Made by a program: the position numbers and the translations under genes. Below are positions 62,890 through 64,000 of a stretch of DNA of 64,000 nt, one piece after another. This stretch comes from Magallana gigas. Its lineage: Eukaryota. Position 1 is the first letter of the stretch, and the number at the start of each line of letters is the position of its first letter. Under the pieces are notes generated by a model that saw only the letters and a program-made list of their open reading frames with translations, searched no databases and had not been told where the DNA came from. The stretch covers positions 1,054,001 through 1,118,000 of the forward strand of contig NC_088858.1 of the NCBI RefSeq assembly GCF_963853765.1, written 5' to 3'.

Positions 62890-64000
62890 ACAGAAATTCT
62901 TGTCCTTTATTTTGCACGTGCAGCATTTAGATCTACCATTTGCTACTGTGTACTATTAGCCTAGTTACAGAATCATTTGGATTTTAGTAACATACTCAAT
63001 TGCCAAATTGAATGAGCACTGAAGCCACTGCTATAATTTAGTGTTGCTAACGTTAACGTTATACAAAAAGAATACAATGCAGGTATGTAATTAAAACGCT
63101 AATTTTTGTAAATATTATAGGCGAAGACAAACAGCAACTGCTCTGCTGGCATATTTTCCATGATGCGCTCCATTCGTACACGTTGTCTATGGAGCTCGCT
63201 ACGCGAGCGGCGCTTCGCTGCGCTCGCTATAAATAACGTTTATTCTTAAATATGACGTCATCAAATTATGCGTACAATGCACACATGACGTGATATTTTT
63301 ACGTGTAGCCACTCGTTTTGACCTTGTAGACAGAGTCCTTCACGTAAGTAGTATAATCTTTCATCTTTGTTTGTTTATGCAAAGATTTACAACGCCTATC
63401 AAATCCGCTGAATTTTTAAAAGCAAATCTCATTAAAAGATAATGTCGTGTAACTAATTTTATAGGCCTACATGTTTCATTCATTGAAAGAGTTGTGAAAA
63501 ATATATTGAGCCACCAAGAAAAATTGTGTCTTTATGTTGTACACAACTGTTCATCGACGACATACATTTTTAAAAAATTTAAATCAGTTTAAGGACAGTC
63601 TTATCATGTTGAATAAAAATTATTGCAATCACATTACGATGTCAATTACAATCCCGACTTACTGTATCCTATAACTCTGTCCCGAGTTTTTGCTTCCACC
63701 ACTTTTCGCTTGATTATCGCTCGATAATAATAAATACCTTTGTGCTTAATCTACGTTCATCCACTAATATGAAAAATGTCCAGAGTATATGTTTTGAAAC
63801 GCCCCCTCTCCCGCTACAGGTTTCAATACACACCCCAAAATAGAAAGTCTACGAGGGTTTTGCATTGCATCAGCCATAAATAAGCCCGGATGATAACGTT
63901 GAAAATTGTGCGAGGTGTCCCGAGTACTTCCGAATGGAGAAAAGATGTAAAAATTTCCCATTATAAATCTCCGTAAGATATTTGTTTTCGTACCTGTAAA

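Overview
AT-rich, intron-containing eukaryotic DNA. The repeat families (pearl/HINE-type Helentron elements with satellite arrays, CR1 and Tx1 LINEs) point to a bivalve mollusc, probably an oyster; the taxon is an inference. Five host genes were reconstructed by hand from splice sites. (1) A minus-strand protein 4.1/EPB41L-family FERM+FA gene (about 34 kb to 7 kb). It can either read through a splice donor into a 5-kb giant terminal exon ending in a C-terminal transmembrane anchor (2042 aa) or splice to short Lys/Glu-rich terminal exons (about 600 aa). Its last exons are tandemly duplicated at 1-3843. (2) A single-coding-exon ankyrin+SOCS-box gene whose last codons are amplified into a 3'UTR minisatellite. 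(3) ARL14EP, head-to-head with gene 2. (4) A 68-aa micro-gene missed by the ORF track: signal peptide, tiny N-glycosylated core and GPI-type tail, i.e. a CD24/CD52-like architecture. (5) A secreted 150-aa Gly/Met-rich, abductin-like protein with a GKRRRRR tail. The rest is dense with non-autonomous mobile DNA: HINEs, Kolobok-like, Harbinger-like, foldback MITEs, TIR-less long-hairpin elements, tRNA-derived SINEs and LINE fragments. No prokaryotic features, CRISPR arrays, rRNA genes or intact tRNA genes were seen.
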